From NCBI GenBank assembly GCA_041650715.1, contig JBAZKQ010000003.1, forward strand, positions 1-60,397: a stretch of DNA of 60,397 bases, given 5' to 3'. Origin of the DNA: Patescibacteria group bacterium (GTDB taxonomy: Bacteria; Patescibacteriota; Patescibacteriia; Patescibacteriales; UBA12465). Below the pieces are notes generated by a model. It saw only the letters and a list, made by a program, of their open reading frames with translations, ran no database searches and was not told the DNA's origin. This document shows, one piece after another, positions 36,217 to 44,097 of this stretch. The first letter of the stretch is position 1. Each line of letters begins with the position of its first letter. The position numbers were made by a program, and so were the translations under genes.

Positions 36217-36786
36217 ATGATTATTTCATTGAGCGGGGCGCCGGGTTCGGGCAAGAGTACGATCGCACAAATGTTGGCTGAGAAATATGGCTGGCCGCGC
36301 TATTATATGGGCGGCTTGCGGCGTGAGGCAGCCAAAAAAAGAGGAATGACCTTAGCAGAGTACAATAAGTTGGGCGAAAGCGATCCGATGACAGACCAAG
36401 AGGTTGATTATTACCAGCGCGATTTAGGGCAGGCAGAGGATAATTTCATTATCGAAGGTCGGACCTCCTGGCACTTTATCCCTCAGTCTTTGAAGATTTA
36501 TCTCGACGTCAGCCCGGAGGCGGGGGCAAAGCGAATTTTTGGCAATTTACAGCGAAAAAATGATAGAAATGAGGATAAAGGCCTGAATACCTGGCAGGAT
36601 GTCCAAAAGAGTAATTCCGAGCGTCTGGAGAGCGACAGGACGCGCTACAAGCAGTATTATGGGATTGAGGTTTATGATCACGCTAATTATGATTATTATC
36701 TGGATACAACTGAAATGAGCCCGCAGGCCGTTTTCCAGGCAGTTTCTGAATATGTGGCCGCCAGCCTTGACAAGAGGAATAATTAA
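36217..36786 (+). CDS. Cytidylate-kinase-like (archaeal-type CMP kinase family) P-loop kinase
   Basis: ISLSGAPGSGKSTIAQMLAEKYGW...IIEGR. Confidence 0.65.
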   Translation: MIISLSGAPGSGKSTIAQMLAEKYGWPRYYMGGLRREAAKKRGMTLAEYNKLGESDPMTDQEVDYYQRDLGQAEDNFIIEGRTSWHFIPQSLKIYLDVSPEAGAKRIFGNLQRKNDRNEDKGLNTWQDVQKSNSERLESDRTRYKQYYGIEVYDHANYDYYLDTTEMSPQAVFQAVSEYVAASLDKRNN

Positions 36787-36871
36787 TTATAACATTAGAC
36801 AAGATTTGCCTTATTAAATAAGTATTTTCAAACGAGATTTAACCAGTCTCGTTTATATAATTTTAAACAAT

Positions 36872-37198
36872 ATGGTTGAGACAAAATTAGAATTAAAGCC
36901 AGGAATGACTATCCGGGTTTATCAGAAAATCAAGGAATTGAATTCTAAGGGTGAAGAAAAAGAGAGAGTTCAATATTTTGAAGGCATGATAATCGCGCGT
37001 AAGCATAATAAAGAAAAAGGATCGACTATTACTGTTCGTAAAGTCTCCGATGGCATTGGCGTGGAAAAGATTTTCCCGTTGAATTTACCGACGATCACCA
37101 AAATTGAAATTAAGAAGGTGGCCGAAGTAAGACGAGCTAAACTTTATTACCTGAGAGAAGGCTATAAGAAAAGATTAAAAGAAAAGGTCGTCAAATAG
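36872..37198 (+). CDS. rplS: 50S ribosomal protein L19
   Basis: PGMTIRVYQKIKE...ERVQYFEGMIIARK...ITVRKVSDGIGVEKIFPLN...RRAKLYYLR. Confidence 0.9.
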   Translation: MVETKLELKPGMTIRVYQKIKELNSKGEEKERVQYFEGMIIARKHNKEKGSTITVRKVSDGIGVEKIFPLNLPTITKIEIKKVAEVRRAKLYYLREGYKKRLKEKVVK

Positions 37199-37215
37199 AC
37201 GACTTTTTCTCGTTC

Positions 37216-37302
37216 GGGCGGATGGTGAAATTGGTAGACACGCAAGCTTGAGGGGCTTGTGGCCGCAAGGCCGTGGAGGTTCAAATCCTCTTTCGCCCAC
37301 CA
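37216..37302 (+). tRNA. tRNA-Leu (anticodon GAG), CCA encoded
   Basis: 87-nt class II cloverleaf: acceptor GGGCGGA/TTCGCCC, anticodon loop TTGAGGG, 15-nt variable arm, ends ACCA. Confidence 0.85.
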
Positions 37303-37328
37303 TCTATTAAGTTAGGAATAATGCATTG

Positions 37329-37402
37329 GGGCGCATAGCTCAGCTGGTTAGAGCACTTCGTTTACACCGAAGGGGTCCAGGGTTCGAATCCTTGTGCGCC
37401 CA
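37329..37402 (+). tRNA. tRNA-Val (anticodon TAC)
   Basis: 74-nt cloverleaf: acceptor GGGCGCA/TGCGCCC, anticodon loop TTTACAC, T-arm CAGGG-TTCGAAT-CCTTG. Confidence 0.9.
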
Positions 37403-37404
37403 CA

Positions 37405-37438
37405 AATAAAAAGAAGCCGACCGGCTTCTTTTTATTTA
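37405..37438. terminator. Long-stem terminator after tRNA-Val
   Basis: AAATAAAAAGAAGCCG-AC-CGGCTTCTTTTTATTT. Confidence 0.75.
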
Positions 37439-37474
37439 CTTTATCTTTTAAAAGAAATCAGATAAACTAAAAAT

Positions 37475-37903
37475 ATGTTAAAGATAGTAACAAACAATGA
37501 AAAAGAAACCTATGACCTGGGGTGCAAACTCGCAAGCCAGCTTAAAGGTGGCGAATTTTTAGCCCTCTGTGGCGACTTAGGCGCGGGCAAAACTAAATTT
37601 TTGCAGGGCTTGGCTTACGGTCTGGGCGTTAAGGGTCGAGTAAATAGTCCTACTTTTAATATTCTTAAACTCTATAGAACAAACTCCACTCAAGAAATAA
37701 AAAGATTTTGCCATATTGATACCTACCGTCTCCATTCGGAAAAAGATTTATTGTCTCTTGGTATTAATGAATTGATTGAAGACCCAGCAACCGTCATTGC
37801 CGTGGAATGGGCCGAAAAGATCAAAAAAATTTGGCCAAAAAAAACTATCGTTATCAGCATAAAACATTTAGCCGAAAATAAAAGGGAAATAAGCATTAGA
37901 TAA
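37475..37903 (+). CDS. tsaE: tRNA t6A biosynthesis ATPase TsaE
   Basis: LCGDLGAGKTKFLQGLAYGLGV...SPTFNIL. Confidence 0.85.
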   Translation: MLKIVTNNEKETYDLGCKLASQLKGGEFLALCGDLGAGKTKFLQGLAYGLGVKGRVNSPTFNILKLYRTNSTQEIKRFCHIDTYRLHSEKDLLSLGINELIEDPATVIAVEWAEKIKKIWPKKTIVISIKHLAENKREISIR

Positions 37904-37964
37904 ATTAGATATAAAAAGAGAGGGTAGAATTGATTCAAACCCTCTTTTTGCTTAGCCATTTTGG

Positions 37965-38288
37965 CTATGCGAGTTTTTTGATTTTGATAAAAACATCTTT
38001 TTCTGGCGTACAGAGACTGCAGTAATTGGTTTCAAAATACCAATCCTTGAAGTCTGTGGTCTTGGTGACGTTAATTTCCGGGGAGTTTCCGAGAATTTTC
38101 ATCGTGTTTAATAACCCGAGAACAATTTCTTCATTGATCTCAAAGATGTTTTGGCATTTTGCACAGACGCAGCGGGAAATGCTATCGGTAAGTGATAGCG
38201 GTTTGTGCAATTCGATGTTTTTAAACTGTTCTCCTTCCGGCCAGTTATTAGTTGTTCGGCCAATAAGTGATGCTTTCCAGTTTTTCAC
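37965..38288 (-). CDS. Hypothetical Cys-containing small protein (possible zinc ribbon)
   Basis: 107 aa with CVCAKC...CSLC cysteine pairs. No family recognised. Confidence 0.45.
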   Translation of the reverse strand: MKNWKASLIGRTTNNWPEGEQFKNIELHKPLSLTDSISRCVCAKCQNIFEINEEIVLGLLNTMKILGNSPEINVTKTTDFKDWYFETNYCSLCTPEKDVFIKIKKLA

Positions 38289-38353
38289 GGCTTAGAGTTT
38301 TTCGAGGGTTAAGAGATAAATTAATGTTTTAATATTGTTATTTTCCTTTATTT

Positions 38354-39049
38354 TTATTCTGCTTTAGTCTTGTAATTTTCAATCAAAGCTTGGATAATAT
38401 CTTCGCCAAATTCAGCTATTTTTTTTGTGAAGAACTCTTTATCAAAATTATTATTAATTTGGCTTGGATCATATTTGTCTTTTTCTTCTGGATCGATATT
38501 TAATAGAACGTTGGCTCTGGTTTTATCCTTAGAATTTCTGCCGGTAATATCAACCGTCGCATAGGTTTGTTCTTCGCCCGTTTCTTTGGCGTAAAGTTTA
38601 AAGTAAAAATCTATTTTATGGACCACGTCTAAGTGTGTCCCGCCGACAGCGGTGAAAAATTTTAAAGTATAATCGTCTTCAAAACGATTTTTTATGTAAT
38701 TATAAAGGGCCTTACTAAAAAAATGACTGGGATTTTCCGGATCACCCGGTTGGCACTGTTCGACCAAGTCCATGGATTTTTTAAAATTTATGTAGTTATC
38801 TTTGTTGGCTAAGGACAAAGTATCAGTAAATTCTTTTTGTGCCGCCTCTCTTAGTTTTAGCATATTAACGAACTCTTGCTCTGTGCTCAGTTTTTCAGTC
38901 GTCGCTTTTTCGTGCAAGGTTGCGTAGGCCAGTGTCTTATATTCATTCGCCTTGATTGTGCCTAAAAACTCTCTCTCCAGAGTAGCTCCCGTGTTTTCGT
39001 AGCCCTTACGACTATTTTCAATACGATTCAAGGTTGAAGAATTTATCAT
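38354..39049 (-). CDS. Hypothetical protein
   Basis: 231-aa soluble ORF directly downstream of lspA. No family recognised. Confidence 0.5.
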   Translation of the reverse strand: MINSSTLNRIENSRKGYENTGATLEREFLGTIKANEYKTLAYATLHEKATTEKLSTEQEFVNMLKLREAAQKEFTDTLSLANKDNYINFKKSMDLVEQCQPGDPENPSHFFSKALYNYIKNRFEDDYTLKFFTAVGGTHLDVVHKIDFYFKLYAKETGEEQTYATVDITGRNSKDKTRANVLLNIDPEEKDKYDPSQINNNFDKEFFTKKIAEFGEDIIQALIENYKTKAE

Positions 39050-39050
39050 A

Positions 39051-39518
39051 TTATTTTTTTAGACCCTTTAAGACTATTAATAAAGCGCCACCGCTTATCA
39101 TTATATCTGCTAAATTGAAAACCGTGAAATAACGGAGTTCTAAATAGTCGATAACATAGCCGTAAATAAGACGGTCTAGTATATTACTTATAGCACCAAA
39201 TAAAATAATTGTCAATAGCACAATACTCAGTTTTTCATTACTTTTCTTTAATATTAGATAAAAAATTACATAAATTAAGGCCGCTATCAAGGCTAAAATA
39301 AGGATATTCAAAAAGGAGCCGCTTAAAGGCAAAGAAAAGGCGATAAAATAATTAGGTGTGAAGCTGAATGAGAAAACGTGGTCGATTATACTAATCGGGC
39401 CCGACATGGCCAAGTTTAGGGCAAGCGATTTAAGATAGCGATCGGTTATAAAAAATATAGCTATCAAAATTATAATAGCTATATTCTTCAGGTATTTTTT
39501 AAAAATAGTTTTATTCAT
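39051..39518 (-). CDS. lspA: Lipoprotein signal peptidase II
   Basis: 4 TM segments, NILDRLIYGYVIDYL...FNLADIMISGG. Confidence 0.85.
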   Translation of the reverse strand: MNKTIFKKYLKNIAIIILIAIFFITDRYLKSLALNLAMSGPISIIDHVFSFSFTPNYFIAFSLPLSGSFLNILILALIAALIYVIFYLILKKSNEKLSIVLLTIILFGAISNILDRLIYGYVIDYLELRYFTVFNLADIMISGGALLIVLKGLKK

Positions 39519-39894
39519 TTTCTTGCAGCTCTGTCTTGCAACTTATACAAGAGCTGGCCGTCGGCCGAGCTAAGAGTCTTTTTTCTGCAATCGGGTTGCC
39601 ACAGTATTTACAGGTACCATAAGTACCCTTTTTAATTCTTTCTAGAGATTTTTCAATATCTTCCAGGCTTTTTTCCAAAACTTTTTCGGTAACAATATTG
39701 GTAGAATAATCAGTAATTTCCTGGGCGTTTTCATCTGGTTTATCGCCGTATTCCGGAAATTTAGTACCGGTATTATCAGCCTCATGACTATCGATACGAG
39801 AAAATTCCTTGAGTTCGTGAAGAACCTGGTCTTTTTGGGCTAAAAGATTTTTTTCTATTTCCGCCAGCGTGTTTGGGTTTAATTCATTGTCCAT
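39511..39894 (-). CDS. TraR/DksA-family C4 zinc-finger protein
   Basis: Coiled-coil N-terminal part. CKYCGNPI...RLLARPTASSCISC. Confidence 0.8.
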   Translation of the reverse strand: MDNELNPNTLAEIEKNLLAQKDQVLHELKEFSRIDSHEADNTGTKFPEYGDKPDENAQEITDYSTNIVTEKVLEKSLEDIEKSLERIKKGTYGTCKYCGNPIAEKRLLARPTASSCISCKTELQENE

Positions 39895-40075
39895 ATTTTC
39901 GTAATTATCGTAAAATAAAAAACCACTGTATAATTAGTTTTTATAGCTAAATTATAACTTATCGTCTTATATTTGGCAAGGTTTAGGCTTGTTTTAAGCC
40001 TTTGACAAGATAAATTGTTTCTGCTATGATTTTTTTGTGGCTCATAGTAAATAAGCCATTTTTTAAAGCAAATTT

Positions 40076-40149
40076 GGAGTGGTAGCTCAGTTGGTTAGAG
40101 CGTCTGCCTGTCACGCAGAAGGTCGCGGGTTCGACCCCCGTCCATTCCG
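40076..40149 (+). tRNA. tRNA-Asp (anticodon GTC)
   Basis: 74-nt cloverleaf: acceptor GGAGTGG/CCATTCC, anticodon loop CTGTCAC, T-arm GCGGG-TTCGACC-CCCGT. Confidence 0.9.
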
Positions 40150-40594
40150 CCGTCAAAAAACAACGCGATTATAATCGGGTTGTTTTTAAATAGAAAGCCC
40201 TAATCAGTAAATGATCAGGGCTAAAAAAGCTTACCACGACATGCGTCCACAGCTTCGGCCTAAATATTTCCCCCTGGATAACAAATTCAGCGATCGAAAA
40301 ATGATCAGTATTTAAGTTAGGGGCCTTAGCCGGTGGTCTGGAAAAAAGTCCATGCAATGAACAAATTTTTTTTCTTTTAGTTAGCAGAGGCCACAGTCGG
40401 TCAACGATTTATATTGAATACGACTTATATGGGCTGGGTGTGGCATTTCTAACTTTCAGCTTCTTTGGTGTTTTTATTATATCATTTGTTGTGTTTTCAG
40501 ACAAATAATAATTGAAAAATGCTTTAATAACAGCTATAATTTAATTTACGTATTAATAGTGGTAACAATACTTATTATATATTGTATTATATTT

Positions 40595-41884
40595 ATGAGA
40601 AAAAAATTGGGGTTAATGGTCATTATAGTGCTCGTCGCAATACCTTTATTGCGCTGGTTTTTTATTGAACCCTTAAATTTCCGTTTTTTTAACTTTATTG
40701 GCACGATGACCAGTCTTGGTCAAATCACCGGGATTGTCGGCCTAACCCTGTTTTCGCTCAATCTTATTTTAAGTGTGCGCATTAAAGCGGTCGAAAGATT
40801 TTTTTATGGTTTGGATAGAATTTATGATAATCATCATAAAATTGGAGCGATTTCTTTTTCTCTCCTGCTTTTCCATCCCCTGTTTTTGGTAGTTAGCTAT
40901 TTGTCAGTTTCGCTGCGTGCGGCGGTAGATTTTTTTATGCCTTTTACTGATATACCAATTACTTACGGCATAGTCGCCCTGTTCCTAATGATTATTTTAC
41001 TGGGTCTGACTTTTTATTCTAAACTACGTTATCACCGCTGGAAATTTACACATAAATTCATGGTTTTAGCTTTTGTTTTTGCTCTCTTGCACTCATTAAC
41101 AATCTCAAGCGATATTTCCCGAGATGCTTTTCTGCGTATTTATTTATTAACACTGGGTCTGCTTGGCTTGGGGGCGGGATTTTATCAGGCCGTCCTAAGC
41201 CGTCTATTCAATTCTCATGTGCGCTATAATTTGAAAGCCGTTAACATAATTAATGCTCGTACGGTCGAGTTGGAACTGGAGCCAAAGACCAAAGGAATTA
41301 AATTTTATCCCGGACAATTTGTTTTTATTCGCTTTTTGGCGGGCGATATAAAACCGGAATCCCATCCCTTTTCCATAACTACGGGCGAGGAGGGTGCTAA
41401 CCTACATTTGGTGATTAAATCATTAGGCGACTTTACCGGGCAAGTAAAAAAATTAGTCCCGGGCATACCGGTGGACGTTGAAGGACCTTATGGAAAGTTT
41501 TCACATTTAAATGTGGCCAATAAAAATCAGATATGGATTGCCGGTGGCGTCGGAATTACGCCCTTTATAAGTATGGCCAGAAGTTTAAATACGGATGATT
41601 ATAAAATTGATTTGTATTATGCGGTTAATAGCGCCGATGAAGTTGTTTTGTTAAATGAGTTAAAAGCAATTGAAACCAGAAAAAGCCTGCGTTTAATTCC
41701 TTGGTACACGAACGAAAAGGGATATTTGAACGCGCGCGCAATCTCAGGACTTAGTCCGAATTTGGAAAACAGCGATATTCTAATGTGCGGCCCGTCGGCA
41801 TTTATGTTTAGTTTGCGTCAGCAATTTGTCGACCTGGGCATTAAGAAAAAACATATTCATTTTGAAAATTTTAAACTCCTATGA
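40595..41884 (+). CDS. NOX/FRE-type transmembrane flavocytochrome (ferric-reductase TM domain plus FAD/NAD(P)H-binding domain)
   Basis: Two TM His pairs (HHKIGAISFSLLLFH, HKFMVLAFVFALLH), FAD motif HPFSIT, NAD(P)H motifs GGVGITP and CGP. An alternative GTG start lies at 40559. Confidence 0.8.
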   Translation: MRKKLGLMVIIVLVAIPLLRWFFIEPLNFRFFNFIGTMTSLGQITGIVGLTLFSLNLILSVRIKAVERFFYGLDRIYDNHHKIGAISFSLLLFHPLFLVVSYLSVSLRAAVDFFMPFTDIPITYGIVALFLMIILLGLTFYSKLRYHRWKFTHKFMVLAFVFALLHSLTISSDISRDAFLRIYLLTLGLLGLGAGFYQAVLSRLFNSHVRYNLKAVNIINARTVELELEPKTKGIKFYPGQFVFIRFLAGDIKPESHPFSITTGEEGANLHLVIKSLGDFTGQVKKLVPGIPVDVEGPYGKFSHLNVANKNQIWIAGGVGITPFISMARSLNTDDYKIDLYYAVNSADEVVLLNELKAIETRKSLRLIPWYTNEKGYLNARAISGLSPNLENSDILMCGPSAFMFSLRQQFVDLGIKKKHIHFENFKLL

Positions 41885-42882
41885 AAAAACTAGTCACAAT
41901 TTCTTTATTTATTTTTTGGGCGGTTGTGGTCGCGATTATTGTTGCCGGCTTGCTTTTTTATCATAATAATCGGACAGGGTTAAATAATGGCTTTAAATTA
42001 GCTTTTGTTAATAGTGGAAGCATTAATAATAATGATTTGGCTACATCAACCCAAGGCACTCTTACGGACGCAAAGGGGAATCCACTAACGCCTTTGGCCG
42101 CAAAAAGCGTTGGCGCAATTAGTACTCTTTCGCTCTCTGAAATTGCCAAGCATAATTCAAATGGTGATTGTTGGTTGCTCATAAATAATAATGTCTACAA
42201 CGTGACCAGTTTTCTGTCTGCGCATCCCGGCGGAGCCGGTACGATAATTCCGTATTGCGGACGAGAAGCCACTCAGGCTTTTAATACGAAGGATATTGGT
42301 AGTTCGCACTCAAATACAGCGATCAGCATGCTAAAGGATTATTATATTGGTTATTTAAATGAAGTTTTTACCGCAAAGACAATTCCAAGTACTCCGGCTG
42401 GTCAAGCCGGTGTCGGCGGGGCGACAAAAGCAATTTCTGGTTCGAGTAGTTCTGCTAACACAGCGACAAAGCCGGTAGCGGCAGTTTCTTCACCGGTAGC
42501 GGCAGTTTCTTCGGGCGGGGCGAGCAGCTCTTCACCGACAGCCGCCACCCTAACTTTAAGTATGGCGACAATTTCCACTCATAATAATGCCAAAGATTGT
42601 TGGCTGCTTATTAATAGTAAAGTATATAATGTTACCAGTTTTATATCTGCGCATCCCGGCGGAGCCGGTACGATAATTCCGTATTGTGGTCAGGAAGCAA
42701 CCCAAGCCTTTAATACCAAGGGGGGAAACACCCCGCACTCGAGTACTGCGGCCAGTATGCTCTCCTCATACTATATTGGAGATTTAAACCAGGCGACCAG
42801 CCAGCAGCAAGTGCAGCAAAGCGTGCAGACGACTAACGCGGTTGCGCCGACGACCAGAGACGGCGAGGATGATGATGACTAA
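41881..42882 (+). CDS. N-terminally anchored protein with two cytochrome b5-like heme-binding domains
   Basis: Two copies of ...CWLLIN..VYNVTSF.SAHPGGAGTIIPYCG.EATQAFNTK....HS.TA..ML..YYIG. Both axial His positions are present. ATGA overlap with the upstream gene. Confidence 0.75.
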   Translation: MKKLVTISLFIFWAVVVAIIVAGLLFYHNNRTGLNNGFKLAFVNSGSINNNDLATSTQGTLTDAKGNPLTPLAAKSVGAISTLSLSEIAKHNSNGDCWLLINNNVYNVTSFLSAHPGGAGTIIPYCGREATQAFNTKDIGSSHSNTAISMLKDYYIGYLNEVFTAKTIPSTPAGQAGVGGATKAISGSSSSANTATKPVAAVSSPVAAVSSGGASSSSPTAATLTLSMATISTHNNAKDCWLLINSKVYNVTSFISAHPGGAGTIIPYCGQEATQAFNTKGGNTPHSSTAASMLSSYYIGDLNQATSQQQVQQSVQTTNAVAPTTRDGEDDDD

Positions 42883-42973
42883 ATTTTTTTATCTTGACAG
42901 ATTAGCTTTAATGTTTTAAGCTAAAATTTAGTTCATTTTTATAAAATTAACATGTAAAAAAAGGAGGTAAAAA

Positions 42974-43999
42974 GTGAGTACATTAAAAAAAATCCAGATT
43001 GGCATTATTGCCAATAGCACTTCAGCCTCCAATCGGGAGGAGTTAATCGCCGAGCTTGGTCCACCTGAAAATGGTTTTTTTGGGCCCTTGGAAGCGACTT
43101 ATGGTGATTTAAATATCGCCATTATTCCACTTGATATACAGCCTAACGATCCTACTACAATCGAGGGAAACAAGAAGGGCCGGGCGGCGCTCCCCGGAGC
43201 GGTGGAATATTTAATCCATAGGGGCGCAGAAATAATTGATTTTGCCGCCTCGACTAAAAGATTGCCCGCTAACAACGGTCGAGAAATGAAGGAAAAATAT
43301 CCCGATACAGTTTTCACAATTGGTGACAACGCGACGTCGATTTCTCTCCTGAGCGTGATTGCAAACTCATATCAGAATTTGCGTTTCGACCCTAAGAGTG
43401 GCTCGGCTGCCTGTATGGGCGACGGGTTTATGGGCCGGACAGCCCTGAATTTCATGCTGGAAAAAAAATGCGAAAACTTGGTGTTGATTAGCCGCCACGG
43501 TAATAATCTTCCGTCGGCGGTGCGTAGAGTCGAAAAAGTCGACAATATTAACCCTGGAACCCAAATGTTTTTTAGCTGCGCTCATAACCATCTGGTGGAG
43601 CCTGAAGCATTTAGGCGGCTCCTTGATCCGGCGTCAATTATTATTGATGTCGCTGCCCCCTTTGGCATAAGCCAGGCTGTTTATTCTGAGCTGCCCAAAA
43701 CGGTCGAATTATTTCATGCCGGCAGTTTCTTTTTAGAAAAAATTAAGTACCAATTTCCGCCTAATATCCTTTCTTTTCCTTTGGTAGGATTCTGGTACGG
43801 TTGTTTTACCGAAGCGGTAATGTTGATGCTGGCGAAACAAGACGGTATTGATTTGCGGCCATATAATTTTTTCGGAGTTAATTCAGATAGCAGCCGCTTA
43901 CTTTATCGGTATTTGCAGCAGGAAGAAGTCATGGTACCGCTGATTAATTTTTATGCTCCAGAGAAGGGTATAAAATTTAGCCTTTTAAGTAGGGAATAG
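42974..43999 (+). CDS. Acyl-ACP-reductase/shikimate-dehydrogenase-like Rossmann protein (divergent), function unknown
   Basis: Strong SD AAGGAGG plus GTG start. By-eye similarity to cyanobacterial acyl-ACP reductase layout (IGIIANSTS vs GLIGHLTS; CFTEAVMLML vs CFAEAMLLEF). Glycine motif reads MGDGFMG. Confidence 0.35.
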   Translation: MSTLKKIQIGIIANSTSASNREELIAELGPPENGFFGPLEATYGDLNIAIIPLDIQPNDPTTIEGNKKGRAALPGAVEYLIHRGAEIIDFAASTKRLPANNGREMKEKYPDTVFTIGDNATSISLLSVIANSYQNLRFDPKSGSAACMGDGFMGRTALNFMLEKKCENLVLISRHGNNLPSAVRRVEKVDNINPGTQMFFSCAHNHLVEPEAFRRLLDPASIIIDVAAPFGISQAVYSELPKTVELFHAGSFFLEKIKYQFPPNILSFPLVGFWYGCFTEAVMLMLAKQDGIDLRPYNFFGVNSDSSRLLYRYLQQEEVMVPLINFYAPEKGIKFSLLSRE

Positions 44000-44097
44000 G
44001 GCCAGACTAACGATTTTATTTTAGGGGAGCATCCATAGCTCCCCTTTTTTATTTTTACTAATGATGGTAAAATTATATTAGTTTATCAAGAATAAAT

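Noticed and set aside
40169-40357. 62-aa minus-strand ORF after tRNA-Asp
   Set aside because: It has no SD, an odd composition, and overlaps hairpin elements. It is unlikely to be coding.
40150-40558. RNase P RNA in the gap after tRNA-Asp (GGAAAAAAGTCC at ~40339 resembles the CR-I GGAAAGUCC)
   Set aside because: Too little downstream sequence remains (~120 nt before the promoter/CDS region), and the other conserved regions (AGGGUGAAA / GGUAAGAGC, ACAGAA..GGCUUA) are absent on both strands.
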